A stretch of DNA of 64,000 nt from Balanoglossus misakiensis (lineage: Eukaryota > Animalia > Hemichordata). The position numbers and the translations under genes are program-made. Location of the stretch: positions 10,490,894-10,554,893 of the forward strand of contig CM082589.2 of assembly GCA_040954595.2 (NCBI GenBank). The letters run 5' to 3'. Positions 55,649-64,000 of the stretch are shown piece after piece. Within the stretch, counting starts at the first letter, position 1. The number at the start of each line of letters is the position of its first letter. The notes below the pieces were generated by a model. That model saw only the letters and a program-made list of their open reading frames with translations. It ran no database searches and had not been told where the DNA came from.

Positions 55649-55936
55649 CTGACAAAAATGCAAGTTAATCAACATCACATATAAAATAATATAATATGAA
55701 TAGAATAAAACCGATTCACAAAATATCAAATAGCTACTTGTTAGGCATTTGATTTTAAGTTGGATGGTGTTTGTGTATTGCAGAGGGATGTTTGTGTGCA
55801 GTAATCACGCTGTACATACCATGCAAGTTTGGCATACTATCACTCAAATATGACGCGTTATCGACCAAACTTAGTGTAATAACCCTTAAGTAACACCCTC
55901 TTATTTTAAAGAAAACTCATTATTGAAGCCCATTAA

Positions 55937-56021
55937 CCCTTTCACAACCAAGGTTCAGTCTAAACCCATTGTTATCTATGAAAAGGTTCGACCTGTATAG
56001 AAGGAACTGGGGGTGAAAGGG
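55937..56021. mobile_element. 85 bp piggyBac-type MITE
   Basis: TTAA|CCCTTTCACAACCA ... TGGGGGTGAAAGGG|TTAA: TTAA duplication, CCC/GGG ends, 12/14 TIR match. Confidence 0.85.
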
Positions 56022-56025
56022 TTAA

Positions 56026-56084
56026 AGGGACAAAGTCTCAGTTTTGTCCTTTGACTCACTGGCTTTTATTAGAGGTTCCTACCT
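56026..56084. mobile_element. 59 bp TTAA-flanked AGG...CCT (Kolobok-like) remnant
   Basis: TTAA|AGGGACAAAGTCTC is identical to the reverse-complemented right end of the 56487-56842 element. Ends CCT|TTAA at 56084. Confidence 0.45.
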
Positions 56085-56185
56085 TTAAATGTTTCATAAA
56101 ATGTTTAATCAAATCTGTCTACAATCAGAGTAGACATTGTTTACATACACCTTTTGTTAAATAATTGTACTGTGTTGTATTTCAG

Positions 56186-56284
56186 ATTTTTGTCAGGAGC
56201 AGGTGAGAAATACGGTATGATTTCTGAAGGTCTGAGTACTGCATTGCAGTTATTTGACGATATGAAGACTTTGCGATTTTCAAG
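56186..56284 (+). pseudogene. MED25: Isolated 99 nt exon of Mediator subunit 25 (VWA domain)
   Basis: tttcag|A TTT TTG ... TCA AG|gtaatt encodes [32 protein letters not shown]. Human MED25 as recalled reads [31 protein letters not shown], sharing [12 protein letters not shown]. Neighbouring VWA exons were not found. Confidence 0.85.
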
Positions 56285-56432
56285 GTAATTATGGTAAAAT
56301 TGTGAGGTTAAAAACCATTCTCTAATTATGGGCCCCACTTTTTGAGGTGGTTTATCTGTTTATGTAAAGCTCACCATGTCAACCAGGAAATGATTCGATA
56401 CCGACAGTGGAGTACAACTGATGTGCGAAGTA

Positions 56433-56958
56433 CATTGAAACCTGCCAAGTAAGGGCACCTCTGGGATCACACAACATGTCCTTTAAGGGATACAGGCTCT
56501 CTCTCTCGCTCGCTGCCCCTTATTCCATTAATTATATTTGATACAAGACACCATTTATGTTTTTTCTACATGTGGATATATGGTGAATCAATATTCAACC
56601 ACACACAAAGTCCATCCTGCTTGTGGACATGAGAGTGAAAAAAATCGCCAAAATGAATAATCAGTCTCTACCATTTATTCGTTTTGGGTGAGTTTTTACT
56701 CCCATATCATACACGCGGGATGGAAGTTGTGTATGGTTGAATGTTCATTCACTACATATACACATGTACATTAACATAAACAGTGTCTTGTATCAAACAT
56801 TATTAATGGAAAAAAGGGCAGCGAGAGAGAGACTTTGTCCCTTTAAAAGAGAGGTGTCCTTAAAAGAAATGTGCATGTAATATTCTATTCAAGCCATTAC
56901 TTTTGTCTTGAACAATCTGTCCTGATTAGAGAGATGTCTGTATTGACAGGTTTCACTG
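56433..56958. mobile_element. Tc1/mariner-pogo-type MITE with TA TSD, interrupted by a nested element
   Basis: TA|CATTGAAACCTGCCAA ... TTGACAGGTTTCACTG|TA. Confidence 0.8.
56487..56842. mobile_element. Nested fold-back MITE flanked by TTAA (Kolobok-like), ~170 bp imperfect arms
   Basis: TTAA at 56483-56486 and 56843-56846. Arms pair along their length (TTCCATTAAT..TTTGATACAAGACAC vs GTGTCTTGTATCAAAC..ATTAATGGAA) around a short loop at ~56661-56675. Confidence 0.8.
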
Positions 56959-57979
56959 TATTATCAACATTTTCAGTTTCATAATCCTTCTGTGTTTGCC
57001 AGAGAATTTTGACAGCAGTCAAAAGCTTTCTCTGCCATACCCATAATAAAAGAAAGCTTGCACCTGTGTTTTACTGTTTTCAAAGGGGAAATCCGGTCCA
57101 GCTGATTTTCTACATAATTTGGTAGCTTTGAGGTCACTCTTTCAGAAAAAAAAACATATTCGTCAAGTATAAGTCGTCAGGTATTTTACAAAATCGAGGG
57201 AAAGTTGGCAGAATTTATAATATGGCCTTAACTGTAATTTGAATCATGGGAAAAAAAGCGCCAGGACCAACTTCCATCCACCTTGGTGTGGGTGATACCA
57301 TTTTCCAATGGGTGTAACTGCGTGACGGCTTGGGTATCTGTTGCTGAGCAAATATTTGAAATCATACAATCCAGATTCTAAAGTTCACAGGACAAATATA
57401 CAACATGTTTACATGGCCATTTACAACCAATTCATCCTATTGTGGTGATGTACAAAACCTTTTTTGTGGTTTGTTAAAGTTTTCATTACTCTAAATGGGT
57501 ACTTCCATAAAATGGTAGTAATATATTTATTAATATTTATTACACATCACATATTATTATTCGCTCTGGCTTTTTTGTCAAATTTTCAAATAAAAAAGGC
57601 AGTTATAACTTTGATGGGACCAAGAAAAGATTTTGCCATAGGATATCAAAAGGACACTTTCATTGTTTTTATGAACTGTTGTTTTTCTGTTCTATAAAAG
57701 ATGCAAATTGTTCTACTCCATTTTTGGGTCAAAAAATATTTTCATCAGATTGGTTTGAGGGTTAGATGTTGTAGCTAATAGTGTAAAGGCCATGATTGTT
57801 TTTGTTCACAAATATATTCAATTACAATGTATCATTATTATGCAGTTTTACCAATGTTGAGAGGCTTTCCTTGTCAACTGGCCTGTGTGTATGCATCAAA
57901 TCCTTCATGTAAAAGGTCAAAGCAGAAAGTATTTCTAACAATGATTAGACTAAAGCAGGAGACTTTTGAGGAGAGTTTG

Positions 57980-58120
57980 AGGAGACATCATGGCCTTGTG
58001 GTGAGGGCACAGGGTTGTGGGTTCAAGAACCAGACCTGGACATGGCCGTGGGTTTTGAGGATGGTGACTTCATGACCGCGATATTGTGCCCTTGAGCGCA
58101 GCACTTTACCTCTCATTGTT
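57980..58120 (+). mobile_element. Degenerate tRNA-derived SINE 5' part
   Basis: A-box-like TGGCCTTGTGGT (57991), B-box-like GGTTCAAGAACC (58020), and core-like TGTGCCCTTGAGCGCAGCACTTTACCTC (58085). Confidence 0.6.
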
Positions 58121-58215
58121 TTGGAGGAACTGGCTTTGTATACTAGTGATCTGCACCTGTTCCAGTCATTCTATCCTAGGTAGACATATTTTCTTTGTTT
58201 GCAATAGATGAATTA

Positions 58216-58405
58216 CTGTCAAACAGGAAATTATTGTGAACTTCGCGAGAACCAAAAAATGCAAATTAAAAGTCACGTAAAAATGTTTTTCAGGGATATT
58301 GGTGCAGTTAGTGAAATATAAGAAAGCAAAATTTAAGTGTAGCATAACAGTTGTCTCTATTGATATTGCAAACATTTCCTGTCACAGAAATTTCCCGTTT
58401 TACAG
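58216..58405. mobile_element. 190 bp TA-flanked MITE
   Basis: TA|CTGTCAAACAGGAAATT ... AATTTCCCGTTTTACAG|TA (15/17 TIR match). Confidence 0.82.
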
Positions 58406-58440
58406 TATATAAATAAATCAACTAAATATTTTTACTACAG

Positions 58441-58702
58441 GTGCCGCACCAACAAGTCATCTGTCACTTGGACAACCAAGTCAAATTGGAAGTCAGTCTC
58501 CACAACAACTGTCATCCTCTCAACAGTAATTGACTCAACCAAGTCAGCCCCAGATGCAGGGCCAAGGTCAAAGGTCATCAATGCCTTTTGGTCAGCCTAC
58601 CAGTTTACCCAACCAACCAGTATCCGCTGTCACAGCAAACAGGACACAACAACCAAATGTGACTGTTTCATTTATCCCATTGAGACAATTTTCATCACCC
58701 AG
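58441..58702 (+). pseudogene. Q/S/P-rich exon with in-frame stop (probable MED25 linker exon)
   Basis: tttttactacag|GT GCC... reads AAPTSHLSLGQPSQIGSQSPQQLSSSQQ*LTQPSQPQMQGQGQ... with TAA at 58527-58529. Donor ag|gtacag ends in phase 2, whereas the next exon needs phase 0. Confidence 0.6.
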
Positions 58703-59128
58703 GTACAGTTGTGGTCTACCTTCTACTTTATTATATAATAAAATAGCCGTTTCTAGTTACCCATCCTGTGAATTGAAAGCTTTTTATGACTGTTTCACAT
58801 AGCCTTGTCTAACCATTATCTTTACAGTTGACTATTGTTTCAAAACAAATTCAAAACTTCTGTTTTGGTTGCTAGAAACCCACTCTGTAAATGCTAAGAC
58901 TTTTTTGGATAATGCCACAGACTCAGTAATCAAATTCAATTTTTAATGTGATTAATGTTGATAAGCCCTAAAACTCAATCCCATCCAAATGTGTGTTGAA
59001 AATAGGACTTTGAGAGTTGCAAGCTCAACATCGAATCAAAAATTGCAGTCATGAATTAAAAATGGGGTTTTGAATACTGGCCTTGATAATGCTCCATATT
59101 AACTAGGTTTGTTAATCTTTTTGGACAG

Positions 59129-59312
59129 GCAACTTCACCTCCAAAGATGACTTCCCAGCAGGCACCAGCTGCTGCACTGAAAGCCACAGAGGGTGTCATG
59201 CAAATGGCAAATGCTAGTCAGTTCAGTAAGATGCCACCAATTGCTGCTGTGAATTCTATCAACTCACAGCCACAGGAGAGATGGCCAGGTACAGATTCAC
59301 AGCCACAAAGAG
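59129..59312 (+). pseudogene. A/Q/S/P-rich exon, phase 0 to 1 (probable MED25 linker exon)
   Basis: ttttggacag|GCA ACT... ATSPPKMTSQQAPAAALKATEGVMQMANASQ...SQPQR G|gtaggt; the other two frames contain stops. Weakly resembles the recalled MED25 segment LSAAQVAAQNAVEAA. Confidence 0.55.
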
Positions 59313-59319
59313 GTAGGTA

Positions 59320-59652
59320 CAGTCAAACCTGTCTATACTGGCCAGACAGGGGACTTTCCTAACTGGCCTTTATAGAAAGGTGGCCTCTACAGTCAGGTCA
59401 TTTAATGTGCAATGTGTAATATATTGCTATATTATTGTGGGCTTATACCAGAGTGATTAGACGACACAGGACATGTGTGTACAAACTAGACAGCCATGCT
59501 GTTTTTTTATTGCCAACTGCACATGCTCACTCGTTCAGCCTCGTACACTGCAAATTTATACATAACAGTAAATACCAATACCTAACACAATGTATATGGA
59601 CTGTAACAGAGTAGCCACTATATAGAGGTGGCACCTAACACGGGTTTGACTG
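59320..59652. mobile_element. Tc1/mariner-pogo-type MITE with TA TSD, inserted just after a splice donor
   Basis: TA|CAGTCAAACCTGT ... ACGGGTTTGACTG|TA, with internal AGGTGGC repeats. Termini resemble those of 56433-56958. Confidence 0.82.
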
Positions 59653-59902
59653 TAACATCTGTTATGTTGCCATGGCAGTCATTTACTGTTAATTTGATTA
59701 TACAGAGGAAAAAATATTCCAGTTCCCTTTCTTATATCCTCATATCAGTGGCAGAGTACGCCAGTGTCACTGTAAAATTTTGTCGACATTTTTGCTAAGT
59801 TAGCTGTAGTAGCTGTTGGCTATTTTTTCTGTATTTTTAATCCAAGGAATTAAAGTGAATTCAATGCTTGTAAATAATTTCTAATTTCTTCTTACCCTCC
59901 AG

Positions 59903-60025
59903 ATATGAATGAATGTCACAGTGGTGGATATGCATGTCAACACTATTGTCAGAATACCCATGGTAGTTATCTCTGCACTTGCAGACCAGGATTCTATCTG
60001 CTGGAGGATGGCCATGCATGTGCCG
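59903..60025 (+). pseudogene. Calcium-binding EGF-like domain exon (phase 1-1), intact reading frame
   Basis: ccag|AT ATG AAT GAA TGT ... GCC G|gtatgt encodes DMNECHSGGYACQHYCQNTHGSYLCTCRPGFYLLEDGHACA, with six Cys, D-x-N-E-C and C-x-N-T-x-G-S-Y-x-C. Classed as pseudogene only from the neighbouring broken exons. Confidence 0.85.
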
Positions 60026-60745
60026 GTATGTAACTGTGGATATTGATATCTTCTGTGGCTACATTGTTTGGGGATTGTATATTGCTACGGTTACAATCAG
60101 CTAAACACACATCCTGTCTGTCCATTGCACACATTTTAAAATTTGAAATCAACCGCACACTCGTACTGAACACATGTTTGTTGAAATTGTATCTCAGAAT
60201 TTTTCCAATTATAATTATGCATAATATAAACAAATTAACAAATGTGAAAACTTATCTTTGAAAATTTGTTTGCAAGGGAGAAAAAGTAATCTGTATTTTA
60301 AAAATCAGACAAAGTTTTGCTGACAGGGTACACAAGTTTCAGGGGATTTTGTTAAAATGAGAATGATAGAGAGTGTTAAAATTCCTAGAAAGGGATCGCC
60401 ATGGATATTGAGGACTTTGGTGTAAAAACAATTAATTGATCAAGAAATATGTGGTTAAGAATATGTGTCATCAACCTCACACGATACTATAAGACTGTCT
60501 GATATATTCATGTACAAGTATTTTCACTACTTATTTGCATAATTTAATGAAATTAGCATAAATTATCAACCTATAGCTAAATATATTACCTCTGCAAAGA
60601 ATAAATATACACTTAGAAAATTCATATAGTTTTCATCTCATTTTAAAGACATTACAAAATGCTTCTCTGAGGGTACAGTAATTTTTAACGGGTATATTCT
60701 TGATAACTCATCACCATGAATGAGCATTTCAAAACTTAACAAGGC

Positions 60746-60845
60746 CAGTGTACGAAATAAAGCCTGTCCGACAGTCCGAGACTGGTTGTTTTTCTGTAGG
60801 ACTGGTAAAAATAAAATGTTACCAGTCCGACAGACAGGTTGAATT
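60746..60845. mobile_element. Possible hAT-like transposon end with AGTCCGA/ACTGGT sub-terminal motifs
   Basis: CAGTGTACGAAATAA followed by repeated GTCCGA and inverted ACTGGT/ACCAGT. No partner end found. Confidence 0.3.
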
Positions 60846-61280
60846 TAGCGTGGGAGTTGACTAGTGGTATCATGGCATCTTTTAGACTTTCCCAGGTTCA
60901 TGTATTGCAATTAAAAGAAACAATGACTGCTTGATATTTCCTATGAATTTCGAACACTGACAAGGCATATGGCTAAATAGGATTCAGTGTTTGTGCACCT
61001 TCTATCCACAATGCTGGATCTATTGACAGTTTTCAAAGGGGTTTAAAGACTCGTCTTTTTATTCAGCACTATTTCATTCCATTGCTTTTTTGGTTTATAG
61101 GGATTGTCTTTCAGAACTGTTTCTGTTTGTTTGGGGTTTTTAAGTGTAATTTTTTATCCTTTAAGCTTTCACTTGTTTTCTAATTTTATTATTTTCTGTA
61201 GAAGATGTATGTGTATTACATTTGTTAGGAAATAAATAATAATAAAATAAATAAATAATAATAACTATCTTTGATTTCAG

Positions 61281-61397
61281 ATGTCAATGAATATATGGAG
61301 AGAGCAGATCTTTGTGAAGGCCAGTGTGTGAATACAGCAGGCTCTTTTTATTTCACTTGTGCTGTGGAATATTGATTGGTCAATGGAGAGTGTACAG
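61281..61397 (+). pseudogene. Decayed calcium-binding EGF exon (phase 1-1)
   Basis: tttcag|AT GTC AAT GAA ... ACA G|gtaaga encodes DVNEYMERADLCEGQCVNTAGSFYFTCAVEY*LVNGECT. Cys1 is Tyr, Cys4 is Phe, and TGA lies at 61373-61375. Confidence 0.88.
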
Positions 61398-61411
61398 GTA
61401 AGATCAACACA

Positions 61412-61790
61412 ATATAGAAATAATGCACGACGCCATGACCATTAATGTTTGTTTATGGGCAAGGGCGAGGGGAAAGCCAAAAATTCATGGGCGAGGCTTC
61501 CGAGCCCATTAATTTTAGCTTAGCTAGAGCCCGAGCCCTGCATTTATTTCCATTACATTACCAACAATCTCAAGAAAACCGTCAATATTTCTGAAAATGT
61601 CCCACACACAAGACTTGGGGCCCCGGAACTTGTGTTATGCAAAATGTTGTGTTCACTGAACTGTTTGCTAATATTACTATTCAGATTTACGGGCATGTAA
61701 ACAAACCATTACTGGGTATTTGTGGTCAGTGATGTCGTTCATCTTGACCAATTAAAATGCGACGCACAGACCACGGTAATATAATATGTG
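61412..61790. mobile_element. Interspersed repeat with GGGCGAGGCTTCCGAGCCC hairpin (Crypton-like non-autonomous element, tentative)
   Basis: GAAATAATGCA ... TGCATTTATTTC inverted flanks surround a GC-rich central hairpin. Family assignment is from pattern memory only and the right boundary is uncertain. Confidence 0.35.
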
Positions 61791-62189
61791 GGCAACGAAA
61801 GGTCCTGTATCTGTAATTTTTGAATTTTTATTCAGTATTATTCTGGTTGTCAACGATCATTTCAGCTCGGTGAAGCTGGGTAAGCAATGTTGTTATTGTT
61901 TAAACATTGTATTCAAGCCTGTGTCTGGACTTGGATGCAATTTGTCAATAATAACAGTGATTGGTAACTGCATGTTTACATAACTGGCTATCTGTTAAAG
62001 AGACCATTTGCTGTGTGTACAGTACACATGCCATTGGCCGCTTATGGGTCAGCCAGTGTTTGCCTGTTAATCTCTCGATGTGTGTTATTCTGTCTGTACA
62101 GTCAGATCGCACGGTACTCATTAACATATGTTAATGAGGGAAAGTACTTCAAACCATGTAGCTGTTAGAGTGGGCCCCGCTGAAGGGTC

Positions 62190-63887
62190 GCAAAATAGGC
62201 CATTTTTTACGCGACATTATAGAGCTGATTTCAGGCGAGGAGGACTGTGTACAAAATTGAGTATAGACAACTCAGGTTTTAAAGGATGTTTCATCATTTC
62301 CACTGTGTCAACGTCACTACATCCTTGCTATGAGAAAAAGCCATCCCTTGTGTACTTCGTGCTTATCACGGGCAAACAATTTGTTTAAAATCCCTGATTT
62401 TGAAATGGTGCAAACATTTCACCAACAAACTAACACACCATTTGCCCTTACTCAAGACAGCCTGATTTGTTTGAAATGTTATAAAACATTTGTTGCTTTA
62501 GCGGAAAAAGCCAGGTGTAGTATTCAACAAGGCTTAATTATGTCGAGTGATATAGCACTTGCTGAAGAAATTAAAAAATATGTCACAATGCTACAATAAA
62601 GGATGCAGCTGTGACGACGACTTGGTGAATTTTGCATGCTGGAAAACTGTTGTCTTTTTAGGAGAAGTGCTCCTCAGAAAACATGCCATTCTATTGTTTG
62701 ATGTCAGGCAATATTTCAATGATTGTTTAGACAATGAATATCAGACTTTGCGACCCAATGTCAAGTTACAACGAGTGGAATTCCACAGAAAACCTAATAG
62801 CTGGCTTATTCGGGAATTGCTATGTGTGTATTTTCCAATTCACCTTTCTGTTGTATCAAAAGTGAGTAGAAAGTTCTCCACCTTTTTGTACCGAACAGGT
62901 TCAGATCTCACTATTGCCCTCCAAAATGCACTTGTCGAACATCCTCAGTATGTTGTGCAAGCTGAGAAACAGATAGAGAGGCTTGAAAAGCAAGTAAGAG
63001 ACTTGAGTAAAGTTGACGTTGACTTTTTCAAAATGCTTGATTTGGTGGCTGTGAAATTAAATGCCAGCATTTATCAGCAATCTCAAGAATTCAGTAATTA
63101 CTGCAAAACAAACAATGTTGATCTGAGTACACTTGATGTTGAATATATTGTCAGTGAGGTTGACCCTATGTTATGGAACACTGTTGTATATTTAACGTTG
63201 AACAACAGTGAACGCAATAAATTAAAAAGCTCCAACTTTGTATGGAATAAACACAACTATGGATTTTATGACCGGCACTCTATGGAGAGTAGAGCATGAT
63301 TCCTCAGGCGTTTCTTTTGTGTGTATGCTATTGTTCATTTGTTCTGATCATTGTACTTACCCATTGCATACTTACCTGGCTGACATTGTTGAAGGTTATA
63401 GTAGGTCATCTACTCTAGTGAAAATTCTAAATTGATTTGGTATTATTTGTTCTGGAGATACATTGCATAGATACATGTTGGGAGTGATCAACAAAAGAAC
63501 ATCAGCTGATTTCACAGAGGAAAATATTGCAAATAATGCATTTTGTTTAACTTCCATTGACAATATTGATAAATCAGCTAAATATGCAGCTGTTAGAGCT
63601 GATCCAAAGGACAGAGGTTTCCACGGTACTTCTTATCGAATGGTCCAACCAAAATCAAAGTCAATTCTGAACAGTATTGATGATATTGTTTTTGGCAGTC
63701 ATGACAAACATTCAACTGTCAAAGATTTTCAGCTAATCAACATTTATGGTGATGGAAGGTGCTTTTTCAGGAGCATCTCTGTGAGAAATGATTTTGCATT
63801 ACGAAATTGTGATCGTCTACTTAATGGACTCCCTTCTGACCCAATTTTAGCTGACCGAGAGAAAATATTCACAGACAAGTTAAGACG
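62190..63887 (+). pseudogene. Frameshifted, intronless large transposon ORF (Academ-like transposase N-terminal half) with the start of an OTU domain
   Basis: Overlapping ORFs 62128-62388, 62330-62599, 62559-63299, 63238-63435; 63463-63978 is in frame with the previous one across TGA at 63433. Motifs: CxxC..CxxC (CTSC, CLKCY), S-x-x-LVKILN*FGIICS, SIDNID, FHGTS..VQP, then INIYGDGRCFFRSIS...DKLR. Confidence 0.6.
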
Positions 63888-64000
63888 TGCGCGTCCTGTA
63901 ACCACAGTAACTGGATCGAACGCTAAAAATCCAATGTTTTGTACACAGAGATTTTGTACCGTTCACGAAAATCCCTAAGGCTTTTTTCATAGGCCACGTA

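Larger units (their letters stand above)
53506..55885. mobile_element. 2.38 kb non-autonomous DNA transposon with perfect 30 bp TIRs
   Basis: GGGTTATTACACTAAGTTTGGTCGATAACG (53506-53535) is the exact reverse complement of 55856-55885. TAA occurs at 53501-53503 and 55887-55889 (possible TSD, register ambiguous). No transposase inside. Confidence 0.8.

Noticed and set aside
57980-58050. tRNA gene
   Set aside because: A/B-box-like motifs are present, but there is no cloverleaf and a SINE core-like motif follows.
60380-60720. Repeat fragment containing ATTTGCATAATT (octamer-like site)
   Set aside because: Probably part of an interspersed repeat, but no termini or second copy is visible, so neither an element nor a regulatory site can be supported.
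63888-63978. C-terminal tail of the 63463-63978 ORF as a real protein end
   Set aside because: OTU-like sequence stops after DKLRR and lacks the downstream conserved His region; the tail looks like read-through into unrelated sequence.

Overview
Eukaryotic (animal, probably marine invertebrate) genomic DNA spanning the edge of a large satellite array. Bases 1-48815 are one uninterrupted head-to-tail tandem array of a ~124-135 bp monomer (about 370 copies). It shows a 131+135 bp dimer, several kilobase-scale higher-order duplications, regionally distinct variant layers and a diverged outer rim. All ORFs listed in that part are repeat artefacts. Bases 48816-64000 are AT-rich, transposon-dense flank. 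This flank holds several MITEs (TA- and TTAA-flanked, some nested), a 2.38 kb element with perfect 30 bp terminal inverted repeats enclosing a spliced BEN-domain-like gene remnant, and a degenerate SINE. It also holds plus-strand exons of a broken gene mosaic (a clear MED25 VWA exon, two Q/S/P-rich exons, two calcium-binding EGF exons, with stops and frame breaks) and a frameshifted Academ-like transposase remnant carrying the start of an OTU deubiquitinase domain. No intact protein-coding gene, RNA gene or CRISPR array is supported. All homology calls are by eye and from memory and need database confirmation.
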